Source of the DNA: Rhodoferax sp.
Lineage (GTDB): Bacteria; Pseudomonadota; Gammaproteobacteria; Burkholderiales; Burkholderiaceae_C
DNA: 54,479 bases
Direction of reading: 5' to 3'
NCBI GenBank assembly: GCA_031430225.1
Contig: JANPAZ010000052.1
Coordinates: forward strand, 1 to 54,479
This document shows, piece by piece, positions 25,653-34,749 of this stretch. Below the pieces are notes generated by a model. That model searched no databases and was not told the DNA's origin. It saw nothing but the letters and a program-made list of their open reading frames with translations. Every line of letters begins with the position of its first letter. Position 1 is the stretch's first letter. A program made the position numbers and the translations under genes.

Positions 25653-26903
25653 TCAAATCTGGATAGGTTGGGCGGCAAAGGCCGGGAATGCGCCCGTGTC
25701 GACAACGCAATTCGCCTTGCCACTTAACTGGGCGCCCAGCGTCAAAAGGCCAGGCCAGACGTTGGCGCAAGCGATGAATGGCACAGCCAGAGAGGGCCGC
25801 ATGGCAACGTTGGCGAAAATGCTCGCCACGTGCAACCGCAACGCAAACGCACCACGCCATTGCGCCGCGTAGCGCGCTGCCACTTCTCTTTGCCACGATT
25901 TATCAAGGGATGCGCCTGACCGGCCGCAAACCAGCAGCTGTGCACAGAGCATCCAGGCGGACTGCAGGGCCATGCTCATGCCCTCACCGATGATCGGGTG
26001 CGCTTCGCCAGCCGCATTGCCAATACGAAAGAGTTCGTCATCCGCCCGCAGGCGGACCCCAGGATCAATGGGGCCGGCTGCGAGCCATGGCCCGTCTCTG
26101 GCCGCACCTTGCAGCACCAAGCGCACGTCCTCGCATTCTTTCTTGAGCAGGGCTTCGACGACGTCACCCGCGCTTTGCCCGGGCAGTGACCATCGGCTTG
26201 TCTCCAGCCGGTCACGGCGGATGCAGCAAGCGACCGTCGTCACACCGCCACCCGCCATCACCATACCCCCATAGCCACCCTTGAATGACAGCACGGGAAG
26301 CACCCCTGGCTCCAGAGACGCGCCCCGAAAGTTGGCTTTGAAGGCCAGCAGGTCCGCACCGCTGCGGTCCAATCGGCGGTGTGGTCGACCGGATGGCAAT
26401 GTCTCCCAGGAACCATGGGCTGCAATCGCCACACGTGAGCGCAGAGTCAGCCCGGATGGCAAATCATCACGACGGACTTCAACCCGCCAGGCACCGGCAG
26501 AACCATCAATCGACCGAACTGTGCAGGGTTGAAACAGGTGTGCGCCCGCAGCCCTGGCCTGGGCGACCAACAACGTGTCAAGGGTCTCCCGGCCTAAAGC
26601 ACGGCCCCACTGGCTCGCTGGGTTTGGCGCCGCAGGTAGGTTGGCCACAGCCTTACGATGGCCATGCATCAGTGCCACTTTGTGCAGCGCGGGTCCCGCC
26701 GAAGCGACCAGTTCACTGCTGACACCCAAAGCTGCAAGCAATGGCAGGTTGCCAGCCCCGATGCATTCGCCGCAAACCTTTCTGCGCGGGAAAATTTGCT
26801 TCTCAACCAGCGCCACCGACCAGCCCGCTCTGGCCAACAAGATGGCGGCGGCTGATCCCGCAGGACCGGCACCCACAATCACGGCGTCGAAATCGTTTTG
26901 CAT
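25653..26903 (-). CDS. FAD-dependent oxidoreductase (geranylgeranyl-reductase / aromatic-hydroxylase-like)
   Basis: 'DAVIVGAGPAGSAAAILLARAGWSVALVEK' is a Rossmann GxGxxG motif, followed by 'KVCGECI'. The ATG at 26903 overlaps the methyltransferase stop (ATGA). Confidence 0.8.
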   Translation of the reverse strand: MQNDFDAVIVGAGPAGSAAAILLARAGWSVALVEKQIFPRRKVCGECIGAGNLPLLAALGVSSELVASAGPALHKVALMHGHRKAVANLPAAPNPASQWGRALGRETLDTLLVAQARAAGAHLFQPCTVRSIDGSAGAWRVEVRRDDLPSGLTLRSRVAIAAHGSWETLPSGRPHRRLDRSGADLLAFKANFRGASLEPGVLPVLSFKGGYGGMVMAGGGVTTVACCIRRDRLETSRWSLPGQSAGDVVEALLKKECEDVRLVLQGAARDGPWLAAGPIDPGVRLRADDELFRIGNAAGEAHPIIGEGMSMALQSAWMLCAQLLVCGRSGASLDKSWQREVAARYAAQWRGAFALRLHVASIFANVAMRPSLAVPFIACANVWPGLLTLGAQLSGKANCVVDTGAFPAFAAQPIQI

Positions 26904-27646
26904 CAGGTCACCCCTACCCGTTGAGCCTGAAAGCAATGACTGAAAAGGCCAGACGAACACTCGTCGATTCGCCATTCGGCCCCTTCATCGGGCCATAGGT
27001 AGGAGATCTCATTACCCATGAATCCTGCCTGCACACTAAGGACCGCATCTTCACGCGTCACAGCGTTGGCACCGATCGCACCAACCATATAGCTGGCCAA
27101 CAGGGGCAGCCAGGCGCGGCGCGGCTCGCAGGCGATGAATCCGTCAGTGCGCTGGGCTACCGCGCCGAGCAATGTCGCAAGTTCTTGACCTTCAAAGTGG
27201 TGCAAAAAAAGGTTGGTGACAATGAGGTCCCACCGGCCCGCTTTTTGGCCTTTCACCAAGGGATCGACCGGCGCCTTGGCCCAGGCATGCACGTCAACGA
27301 CATGCGCCGCGGCCAACCAGTTCACCCCTGCATAGCTCGTAATCGTGTCACGCGCCACCACCGCCTGGCGGTCCAGCAGGGACAAGTCCGCACGAAAACC
27401 GCTGGGTGCAAGTACCCTCGCAACCTCCAGCATGAGACTGCCATCACCGGCACCCAGTTCAAGCACCCGCAAGGGTCCTATGGCACGACGTGAAGCGGTC
27501 ATGCGCTTCAAGGCGCGCTGCAAAATGCCACGGGTGCCCATGGCCCGGTGAATGCGCTGCAGATCGCGCCGGGAACGCATGGCATCGGGATGATTTTCTG
27601 CAAGGCCGTCCAGTGTCTCATGCATGACGATTCGGGTTTTCATCAT
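26903..27646 (-). CDS. Class I SAM-dependent methyltransferase
   Basis: SAM motif I is 'RVLELGAGDGSLMLEVA'. Both ends overlap the neighbouring genes by 4 bp. Confidence 0.75.
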   Translation of the reverse strand: MMKTRIVMHETLDGLAENHPDAMRSRRDLQRIHRAMGTRGILQRALKRMTASRRAIGPLRVLELGAGDGSLMLEVARVLAPSGFRADLSLLDRQAVVARDTITSYAGVNWLAAAHVVDVHAWAKAPVDPLVKGQKAGRWDLIVTNLFLHHFEGQELATLLGAVAQRTDGFIACEPRRAWLPLLASYMVGAIGANAVTREDAVLSVQAGFMGNEISYLWPDEGAEWRIDECSSGLFSHCFQAQRVGVT

Positions 27647-28701
27647 TGCACCTTCAGCAAAGCACCGTGGCAGCTAAAGCCCGCACCAAACGATGAGAGC
27701 CACCACCAGCCGCCGGGCGCTTCGTCAGTTAGCGCGGCCTCCAGGACAAAGTAGATAAATGCGCTCGACAGGTTGCCGTATTCACGCAACATCGCAGCGC
27801 TGTAGCGAAAGTCCTCGCCTTCCAGCTCGAAGCGCCTTTCAAGCGCCAGCAGCACATCCCGTCCACCCGCATGCATGATCCACGCGCTGACATGGGCTGG
27901 GCGCATGCCTGCACGGGTCAGAACCGTCTCAAGCACACGGTGGGCGTAGTCGGCAGCCAGCGTGGGGACGCCACGGGTCAAAATGTTGCGCAACATTCCC
28001 CCGCGTTGTTCGAACATCAAGGCGCTTCTGTGGGCAGGCTCGGTGAGTGACGCGCTGTCTACCCATTCGATACGACGCGTGGTCTGCCTGGGAAGGCGTG
28101 ACACCACGGCAGCCCCGGCCCCATCTCCAAAGAGGCAAGCGCTGATGAGCACCCCGGGGTCGTTGTCAAGATACATGGCGGCACTGCTCACTTCCACACA
28201 AATGGAAAGCACATGTTCATGCCCTGCGGAAAGCAGCAAGGCGCGCGCAAGCTGCAGGTTGGGCAAAGCCGCCGCACAGCCCTGCCCCACCAGGTCGTAA
28301 GCCTGTACGTCAGCGCGCAGGCCCAATCGCTCTATGACATGGCCCGAAAGGCCAGGACAGACATATCCCGTGCATGTGCTAACCACAATCGCACCAATGT
28401 CTGCACCTTTCAGCCCCGCGCGTTCAAGCGCCCTTTCACCCGCGTTTGCTGCAAGCACGGGGGCATGCGCCAGAAAGCGTTGGGACAGCGTGTCCGGGTC
28501 AATGGTGAACACGTCTGACAGGCAGTCAACCGCCAGTCGCCTCGCCTCAATACCGTTGTCACGCTGCAAAACGGTGCGGGCAATAAAGTGGGACCGGACA
28601 TCGAGCCGGGCAAACCAATCAGAGCGCTGAAACGCGTCAAGGCAATCGGCCTTGGTATAGCGCGCTGGCGGGGTGGAAGTTCCGATTCCGCGAAAATACA
28701 T
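27643..28701 (-). CDS. Type III polyketide synthase (chalcone/stilbene synthase superfamily)
   Basis: The catalytic triad context is visible: Cys in 'VVSTCTGYVCPGL', His in 'WIMHAGGRDVL' and Asn in 'YGNLSSAFIYFVL'. Confidence 0.9.
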   Translation of the reverse strand: MYFRGIGTSTPPARYTKADCLDAFQRSDWFARLDVRSHFIARTVLQRDNGIEARRLAVDCLSDVFTIDPDTLSQRFLAHAPVLAANAGERALERAGLKGADIGAIVVSTCTGYVCPGLSGHVIERLGLRADVQAYDLVGQGCAAALPNLQLARALLLSAGHEHVLSICVEVSSAAMYLDNDPGVLISACLFGDGAGAAVVSRLPRQTTRRIEWVDSASLTEPAHRSALMFEQRGGMLRNILTRGVPTLAADYAHRVLETVLTRAGMRPAHVSAWIMHAGGRDVLLALERRFELEGEDFRYSAAMLREYGNLSSAFIYFVLEAALTDEAPGGWWWLSSFGAGFSCHGALLKVQ

Positions 28702-28735
28702 GGTGGCAAGACTTCCTGATGAAGTGACAACAACG

Positions 28736-29146
28736 CTATTTGGTGCCCGGCATGGGTGTCAGGATCTCCTGAATCATGAAGGTGCCGTAGTGCTGTGCGG
28801 AGACCGCAAAACCTGACCTGGCCACATCCGCTACCTGCTCAGCGGTCTTGTCATCCGGCGCATGGACGATGAGAAAGCTGCAGCCCTCCAGAGCCAATAC
28901 GCGGTTGGCTTTCATCAGGTCGAGTTCATAGCCGAAAGATGCAAGAACGCTCACCGTCTCCAGTTCGGCGTCAATTTGTGCCATCATTTCTTCGGCGCTA
29001 TAGCGGGTAAGCGCGCCGGCGGCAAAACCTTTTGCGGCGAGCGACTCGGCGGCCTGTTGCAGCTCGAGTGCCGTGCGAAAAGTCATGACGGTATGGTCCA
29101 CAGGCTTGAACACACCGAAGGTCTCTGGTGGATTGGATTTGTTCAT
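28736..29146 (-). CDS. Hypothetical protein (136 aa) immediately upstream of the PKS gene
   Basis: ATG 29146 with AAGGAAA upstream. It ends 34 bp before the PKS start. No motif was recognised. Confidence 0.5.
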   Translation of the reverse strand: MNKSNPPETFGVFKPVDHTVMTFRTALELQQAAESLAAKGFAAGALTRYSAEEMMAQIDAELETVSVLASFGYELDLMKANRVLALEGCSFLIVHAPDDKTAEQVADVARSGFAVSAQHYGTFMIQEILTPMPGTK

Positions 29147-29207
29147 GGAATTTCCTTCTGCTACTTTGAATTGGTGCGGAACTGTTTGCGGGTCAGCCTT
29201 CAAGCCG

Positions 29208-29333
29208 CTACGACGTCTCTGTAACCACCGGCGCAGGACGCAATAACATCACGGCACCGATGATGGCAATGGCTTGCAGCGTTTCGTCGCGTTTCGCAAA
29301 AAAACCTGTGCCGTAGTGCCGACGTTCAACCAT
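29208..29333 (-). CDS. Possible 41-aa hydrophobic micro-protein
   Basis: ATG 29333 is preceded by GGAGAA at good spacing. 'LQAIAIIGAVMLL' is a hydrophobic core. The ORF is too short to be sure. Confidence 0.25.
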   Translation of the reverse strand: MVERRHYGTGFFAKRDETLQAIAIIGAVMLLRPAPVVTETS

Positions 29334-29455
29334 TTGATTCTCCAGAAAGTAGCCGTTCTGCACCGCCTGCAGAGGTTTATGGGAAGGATGCCGTTGCAAT
29401 CGGGTCAGGTCTGTTCGATACCGCACACAAGAGGCCAATCCTGCGTGCTGTTTGG

Positions 29456-30535
29456 CTACTTTTGGCGGGGTCGCGTCAGCTTCGGCTGCACAGACTGCAA
29501 CTTGCCGGAACGCAATTCGACAACGGCCTTGGCCACAGCGCGGGCGACATTACGTGTTTCCTCCTGCACGGCTGCATCGCGGTCCAGCGCCTCATGGCTG
29601 GTTGCGTAGGGCTCGTAATACCCGATGTAGCGGTCAAGGTGGGCCTGCACACCCGCATCGATGAATCCCATCCAGTCCAGCCAGTCGCAAAGTGAGCGGC
29701 GCGAACTCTCAACACCAGCCACGTCACCATGGACCATGACGCCATAGGCCCGCCCTGCCAGATGCTGAGGATAGTCCCAGCCCGCCATCTCAAGCGCCTT
29801 TGCTTTATCGGCTTTCTTGCCAGAGGTCGTGGTGGGATCAGGATTTCCGCCGTCAGCACATACCAGCCGATCAATCATGAGCTTCAACGGGCTGGGGCTC
29901 TGGTACCAGTACACCGGCGTCAAAATGATCACGGCATGTGCCAGTGTCCACCGCTCATAGATGTCGGCCATCCAGTCATTGGTTTGATTCAACGCATGGT
30001 TGGGGTAACAACTGCAGGGCCAGTGGCACAGTGGCATCGCCGTTGACGCGCAGCCCTTGCAGGGATAGATGTTTCGCCCATACTCGGAGGTCAAATGGCT
30101 CAGATCAAGAACGTCAGTCTCGATACCGGCCTGTTCAAGCGTTTCGCGGGCCAACTCCAGTAATCTGAATGTCTTGGACTCCTCTCCAGGGCAGGTGCCA
30201 TCGTTGCGGGCGGACCCACAAATCAGCAACACTCTGGACGGAACCTGGGCGTCGGCCCAACGCAGGTGTGCTGCATCAAGTCGGGCACGGGTGGCAATCC
30301 ATTCTGTAGAGAGCTCGTAACCCGCATCTGCATATCCAGGACCGGCTTTGCGGGTCATGGGCGCCTTTCGCCCCTCGGAAAATGCACCCCAGGCGATGTC
30401 TTCGAGACGGGCGATGGATATATCTTCATCACGAAAGGCAGGGTCCATGAAGGCCGCACGAAACCGCACACTAAATTGAGCGCGATCAACGGGGGCAGGC
30501 GCCTGGCCTTTGCGAATTTGAATCACTTGAATCAC
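29456..30535 (-). CDS. Flavodoxin-fold NAD(P)H-dependent FMN reductase-like protein with a Cys cluster
   Basis: 'RVLLICGSARNDGTCPGE' and 'IILTPVYWYQSPSPLKLMIDR' are flavodoxin-like. 'YPCKGCASTAMPLCHWPCSCYP' is Cys-rich, as in iron-sulfur flavoproteins. GTG 30535 has GAAGGGA upstream; the ORF extends to a TTG at 30610. Confidence 0.65.
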   Translation of the reverse strand: MIQVIQIRKGQAPAPVDRAQFSVRFRAAFMDPAFRDEDISIARLEDIAWGAFSEGRKAPMTRKAGPGYADAGYELSTEWIATRARLDAAHLRWADAQVPSRVLLICGSARNDGTCPGEESKTFRLLELARETLEQAGIETDVLDLSHLTSEYGRNIYPCKGCASTAMPLCHWPCSCYPNHALNQTNDWMADIYERWTLAHAVIILTPVYWYQSPSPLKLMIDRLVCADGGNPDPTTTSGKKADKAKALEMAGWDYPQHLAGRAYGVMVHGDVAGVESSRRSLCDWLDWMGFIDAGVQAHLDRYIGYYEPYATSHEALDRDAAVQEETRNVARAVAKAVVELRSGKLQSVQPKLTRPRQK

Positions 30536-30722
30536 GGCGTGTCCCTTCGGGGTTTTGAAAAAGGTTACGGTAGACGTGAGTTGCCTGGTGGTCTGTGCGC
30601 TACCGAACAACGCCTTTAAGGCAGGCAGGCCCGATCAGGAATCGGGGCACGTCATGACTTCACTGAAGGTATGATGAATATTGAAACTCCTGCGACTCCT
30701 ACCCTTCAAGGAAATCATTCCC

Positions 30723-31622
30723 ATGAAACACATTGGATTCATCGGCGCCTCCGGCCTCATGGGCCACGGCATTGCCAAAAACCTGCTGGCCAACGGTTTT
30801 TCGGTTTCATTGACGGTGCATAAAAACCGCGACGGTGTTGCAGACTTGCTGGCGGCCGGTGCGAAATTGGTGGGGTCGGCCGCCGACTTGGGCAGTTGCG
30901 ATGCGGTCATGCTGTGCGTGACGGGTTCGCCACAAGTGGAGTCCGCACTCTCGGGACCACAGGGTATTTTGTCCGCTGCACGTGCCGGGTTGATCGTGAT
31001 CGACACGTCGACCAGCGAGCCCGAGTCCACGCAACGCCTTGTCGCCCTGTGCGCTCAGCACCAGGTAACCCTGGTAGATGCACCACTGGCGCGCACGCCA
31101 GTGGAAGCCGAGCTGGGCAAGCTCAACACCATGGTGGGTGCCACCCCTGAAGTTTTTGCGCAGATCAAACCCGTGCTGAGCGCGTACTGCGAAAACATCT
31201 TTCACGTTGGCGGGTCCGGTGCCGGGCACATCATTAAACTGCTCAACAATTTCGTGGCGCAGGCCATTGCCACGGCAAGCGCAGAAGCATTTGCGGTGGG
31301 CGCCAAGGCGGGCATTGATGTGCAGCAACTCGTGAACGTGGTGTCTGCCGGTGCCGTGAATTCGGGCATTTTTCAGGCGATGGCCAAGACCTTGAACGGT
31401 GACTTTGCCGGACTCAAGTTTGAGTTGGACAACGCCCGCAAAGATCTGCGCTACTACACCCACCTGGCCGAAATGGTGAATGTGCCGTCCAATGTGGGAG
31501 AGGCAGTACATCAGAGCCTGGTGACGGCGTCTGCGTTGGGATTTGGCAAACAGTATGTGCCTGCGCTAGTGTGCGCCCAGGAAGAACTGACCGGTGCGAA
31601 AATCACGCCTGGTCAACCTTAG
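30723..31622 (+). CDS. NAD(P)-dependent beta-hydroxyacid dehydrogenase (3-hydroxyisobutyrate dehydrogenase family)
   Basis: 'MKHIGFIGASGLMGHGIAKNLL' is a dinucleotide-binding N-terminus. 'GSGAGHIIKLLNNF' is a family motif. AAGGAAA precedes ATG 30723. Confidence 0.85.
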   Translation: MKHIGFIGASGLMGHGIAKNLLANGFSVSLTVHKNRDGVADLLAAGAKLVGSAADLGSCDAVMLCVTGSPQVESALSGPQGILSAARAGLIVIDTSTSEPESTQRLVALCAQHQVTLVDAPLARTPVEAELGKLNTMVGATPEVFAQIKPVLSAYCENIFHVGGSGAGHIIKLLNNFVAQAIATASAEAFAVGAKAGIDVQQLVNVVSAGAVNSGIFQAMAKTLNGDFAGLKFELDNARKDLRYYTHLAEMVNVPSNVGEAVHQSLVTASALGFGKQYVPALVCAQEELTGAKITPGQP

Positions 31623-31631
31623 GAATTTTTC

Positions 31632-32423
31632 ATGATCGTCGAGCGTATCTGGACTGGCAATGCGTACCGCAACTTCAATTACCTGATTGCGTGCCCAGAG
31701 ACCGGCGAAGCCCTGGCCATAGACCCGCTGGACCACGAAAAAACGCTGGCGACAGCAAAAGTAAAGGGCTGGCAAATCACACAGATTCTCAATACCCATG
31801 AGCATCACGACCACACCGGCGGCAATGACGCTGTGGTGGCGGCCACCGGCGCCAAGATCGTTGCCCACCACAAGGCGGGAGGCAAGATTGCGGGCATGAG
31901 CCGCGGGGTACAGGCCGGTGACGTGATCAGGGTCGGCAAGTCGGTGGAGCTGGAATGCCTGGACACCCCGGGCCACACCCTGTGCCACATCTGCCTGCGC
32001 TCCCACACCGAACAGCCTGCGCTGTTTTCAGGCGATACGCTCTTCAATGCAGGTGCTGGCAACGTGCACAACGGAGGTGATGTGCATTCCCTGTATGGCA
32101 CGTTCGCCGATCAGTTGGCGAAACTGCCTGACAACACACTGGTCTATCCGGGACATGACTACATTGAGACCAACCTGAGATTTACGCTCGCGCGAGAGCC
32201 TGCCAATGCGTCGGCAGCCGCGATGCTTTCGCGCGTGGCTTCACACGATCCGGCGACGTCCGTCGTCACGACGTTGGCGCAGGAAAAGCAGCACAACACT
32301 TTTTTCCGGTTGACCAACCCTGAGGTCATTGCCAAGTTGCGAGAAAGTTTTCCAGACTTGCCAGCGCAGCCGGATGCAAAAACCGTATTCATGAAATTGC
32401 GTGAGCTTCGCAATACTTGGTGA
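31632..32423 (+). CDS. gloB: Hydroxyacylglutathione hydrolase (glyoxalase II), MBL fold
   Basis: Contains the 'NTHEHHDHTGGN' metal motif, 'TPGHTLCHICL', 'GDTLFNAGAG' and 'VYPGHDY'. Confidence 0.85.
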   Translation: MIVERIWTGNAYRNFNYLIACPETGEALAIDPLDHEKTLATAKVKGWQITQILNTHEHHDHTGGNDAVVAATGAKIVAHHKAGGKIAGMSRGVQAGDVIRVGKSVELECLDTPGHTLCHICLRSHTEQPALFSGDTLFNAGAGNVHNGGDVHSLYGTFADQLAKLPDNTLVYPGHDYIETNLRFTLAREPANASAAAMLSRVASHDPATSVVTTLAQEKQHNTFFRLTNPEVIAKLRESFPDLPAQPDAKTVFMKLRELRNTW

Positions 32424-32432
32424 TGGATCTCC

Positions 32433-33092
32433 ATGCGCCTTGATTCAAAACTGAAGGCGCTCATCCAGCACAACCTGAACCAGTTTCAGGCCACGCCACT
32501 GCGACACGAAGGGCAAAAGGCGGCCGCTGTTGCCATTGCCGTCACCCATGTGGGCCCCGGAGCCAATCTAAAGGGCCTCAAAGAATATGCCGGGTGGAAC
32601 ACCCAAGCGGCTTTGATTCTGACACGCCGTGCGGCCAGCCTGCGACAGCACTCCGGGCAATGGGCGTTACCGGGTGGCCGCATCGACGACGGTGAAAGTG
32701 CTGAGCAGGCCGCCCTGCGGGAACTGGAAGAAGAGGTTGGTCTGAAACTCGGACCCGATGCTGTCATGGGCCGGCTCGACGACTTTGCGACCCGTTCCGG
32801 ATATGTCATCACGCCACTGGTGGTTTGGGCAGGCAGCGCGTGTCACATCACGCCCAACCCCGGTGAGGTACAGAGTATTCATCGAATTCCAATTACCGAG
32901 TTTCAACGTGCAGACGCGCCCATCCTCAACGTCCGGCAAGGCAGCGAGCACCCTGTGCTGCTGATGCCAGTGGGCGACTCCTGGATTGCAGCGCCCACGG
33001 CGGCGTTTTTGTATCAGTTCCGCGAGGTGTGCATCGCCAGCAGGAACACGCGGGTTGGCCACTTTGAGCAGCCGGAGTTTGCCTGGAAATAA
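32433..33092 (+). CDS. NUDIX hydrolase (CoA pyrophosphatase-like)
   Basis: Nudix box 'GGRIDDGESAEQAALRELEEEVGL'. Confidence 0.85.
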   Translation: MRLDSKLKALIQHNLNQFQATPLRHEGQKAAAVAIAVTHVGPGANLKGLKEYAGWNTQAALILTRRAASLRQHSGQWALPGGRIDDGESAEQAALRELEEEVGLKLGPDAVMGRLDDFATRSGYVITPLVVWAGSACHITPNPGEVQSIHRIPITEFQRADAPILNVRQGSEHPVLLMPVGDSWIAAPTAAFLYQFREVCIASRNTRVGHFEQPEFAWK

Positions 33093-33107
33093 AGTTGCAC
33101 TTGCGCC

Positions 33108-34736
33108 TCAACGCTCGGCCAGGTAGTGCTGCATGGTGACCGGCACACCTTCAAGTTGAAAAGCCCGCACGTGCGAATCCAGCTCCTGATCGGCCAGCGT
33201 GGCCCGTGCCCGCTGGTGCAGATAGTCGGCCCATGAGGTCACAATAAAGCGCTCAATGAAGCGTGACGGGTCAGCCAGATCACGGTAGATGCGCCAGAAG
33301 GTGGCGCCGTCACGCCGCCGTGGTGCGCGCATATGGCTAATGGCCTCCAGAAAGGCGGCGGTGTCCTCGATCTGGATGCGGTAACCCATTTCAACGGCCA
33401 CAGGCCCCGCTTCGGGCGCGGGCTCGTTGCTGATGAAAATGTCGTCCCAAGGAATCGCCTGTGTCACGTCCTGAGCGTCACCCATGCGCAAAGGAAAAGG
33501 TCGGACCAGCAACAGTCCGCAAGCCATGCCGAAGGCCGCAGTGCACAAGGCAAAAGGCAGCCCCGCCAGATCTGACAAAGCGCCCCAGAAAGCTGAGCCC
33601 ACCGCAAACGAACCCAACGCACACAAGGTGTGCATGGCCACAGCACGGGCGCGCACCCAGGGCGGCACGCTGGTTTGCGTGGCGGTGTTAAAAGTGGACG
33701 TGACCGACATCCAGGCCGCGCCACCCAGCACAAGGCCTGTGTAGATCAGCAAGTGAGAACGCGTGAGGGCGGTAACGAGCATAACCAGCGCAAACACAAT
33801 GCAGCCACCGGATACCAGGGCCTCCAGACCCACACGAGCCCGGACACGACCAATGACCAGACCCGCACACACCGCACCGGTACCCAGGCACCCCATCAGC
33901 AAACCAAAGCCCGCGGCACCCAGCCCAAGCTGGCGTTGTCCAATCACAGGCAACAGCGCCCACAAGGCCGAGCCTGTGGCCGTGAAAGCCATGGTGCGCA
34001 CCAGTTGCGCCAGCACCGTGTGCGAGTGCCAGGCAAACCGCAGGGCGCTGAGCATGCCACCCCACAGCCGCTCTGGTGGGAGGCGCGAAGGGGGATGTGG
34101 CTTGGGCGGCCAGCGACGGATGGCCTGCATCATGGTGAGCGTGCTGGCGACTGCAATGGCAAAGTTCCACGCACCGCCAACCAGCGAGAACACCAGACCG
34201 GCAAGCGCGGGACCGACGGCGCGGGCACCGTTATAGGCAATGGACACCACTGTGATGGCTTGAGGCAATTCTTCGCGGGGGATCGAATCGGCAATGGTCG
34301 AGTTCCAGGCTGGTGACAACAGCGCCGTGCAGCTGCCCGCGACGAAGATGAGAATCAGCACCGTCGCAGGGCCAGCCACTCCTGCCAGCAGAAGGCCGGT
34401 CAGCAATACACCCGAGCTGGTCTGCACGATCAGCGCGGCTGTGATCAGTTGACGCCGGTCAGCAATGTCGGCCCACACCCCGGCAGGCAACGACAAAATG
34501 AACATGGGCAGGAAGACGGCCGTCTGGACCAGTGCCGCCAGAAAGGACGAGCCGCTGAGCTCCACCATCATCCATGATGCCGCCATGGTTTGCATGGCGT
34601 TGCCAATGAAGTAAATTCCGCCACTGCCCCACAGCCCCCGGAACTGCCGGTGGCGCAAGGTGTGCCAGATGGAAACCCCTTGCGCTGACTTGGGCGCGGG
34701 AGTGGGGCCGGGCGATGAAGGTGCTTCCACGCTCAT
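33108..34736 (-). CDS. MFS transporter (MFS_3-like, with a soluble C-terminal extension)
   Basis: About 12 hydrophobic segments followed by ~140 hydrophilic residues. ATG 34736 has AAGGGGA upstream and avoids overlap with the GNAT gene. Confidence 0.8.
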   Translation of the reverse strand: MSVEAPSSPGPTPAPKSAQGVSIWHTLRHRQFRGLWGSGGIYFIGNAMQTMAASWMMVELSGSSFLAALVQTAVFLPMFILSLPAGVWADIADRRQLITAALIVQTSSGVLLTGLLLAGVAGPATVLILIFVAGSCTALLSPAWNSTIADSIPREELPQAITVVSIAYNGARAVGPALAGLVFSLVGGAWNFAIAVASTLTMMQAIRRWPPKPHPPSRLPPERLWGGMLSALRFAWHSHTVLAQLVRTMAFTATGSALWALLPVIGQRQLGLGAAGFGLLMGCLGTGAVCAGLVIGRVRARVGLEALVSGGCIVFALVMLVTALTRSHLLIYTGLVLGGAAWMSVTSTFNTATQTSVPPWVRARAVAMHTLCALGSFAVGSAFWGALSDLAGLPFALCTAAFGMACGLLLVRPFPLRMGDAQDVTQAIPWDDIFISNEPAPEAGPVAVEMGYRIQIEDTAAFLEAISHMRAPRRRDGATFWRIYRDLADPSRFIERFIVTSWADYLHQRARATLADQELDSHVRAFQLEGVPVTMQHYLAER

Positions 34737-34749
34737 GGGCCGCGTCCCC

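Noticed and set aside
25639-25896. An N-terminal extension of the ACP ORF (182-aa version), and similar extensions of the FAD-enzyme, MFS, rlmE, yhbY, oppC, oppF and SBP ORFs.
   Set aside because: Each extension overlaps the upstream gene or lacks similarity to the family. Internal ATGs with SD-like sequences give tidy 4-bp overlaps or short gaps.
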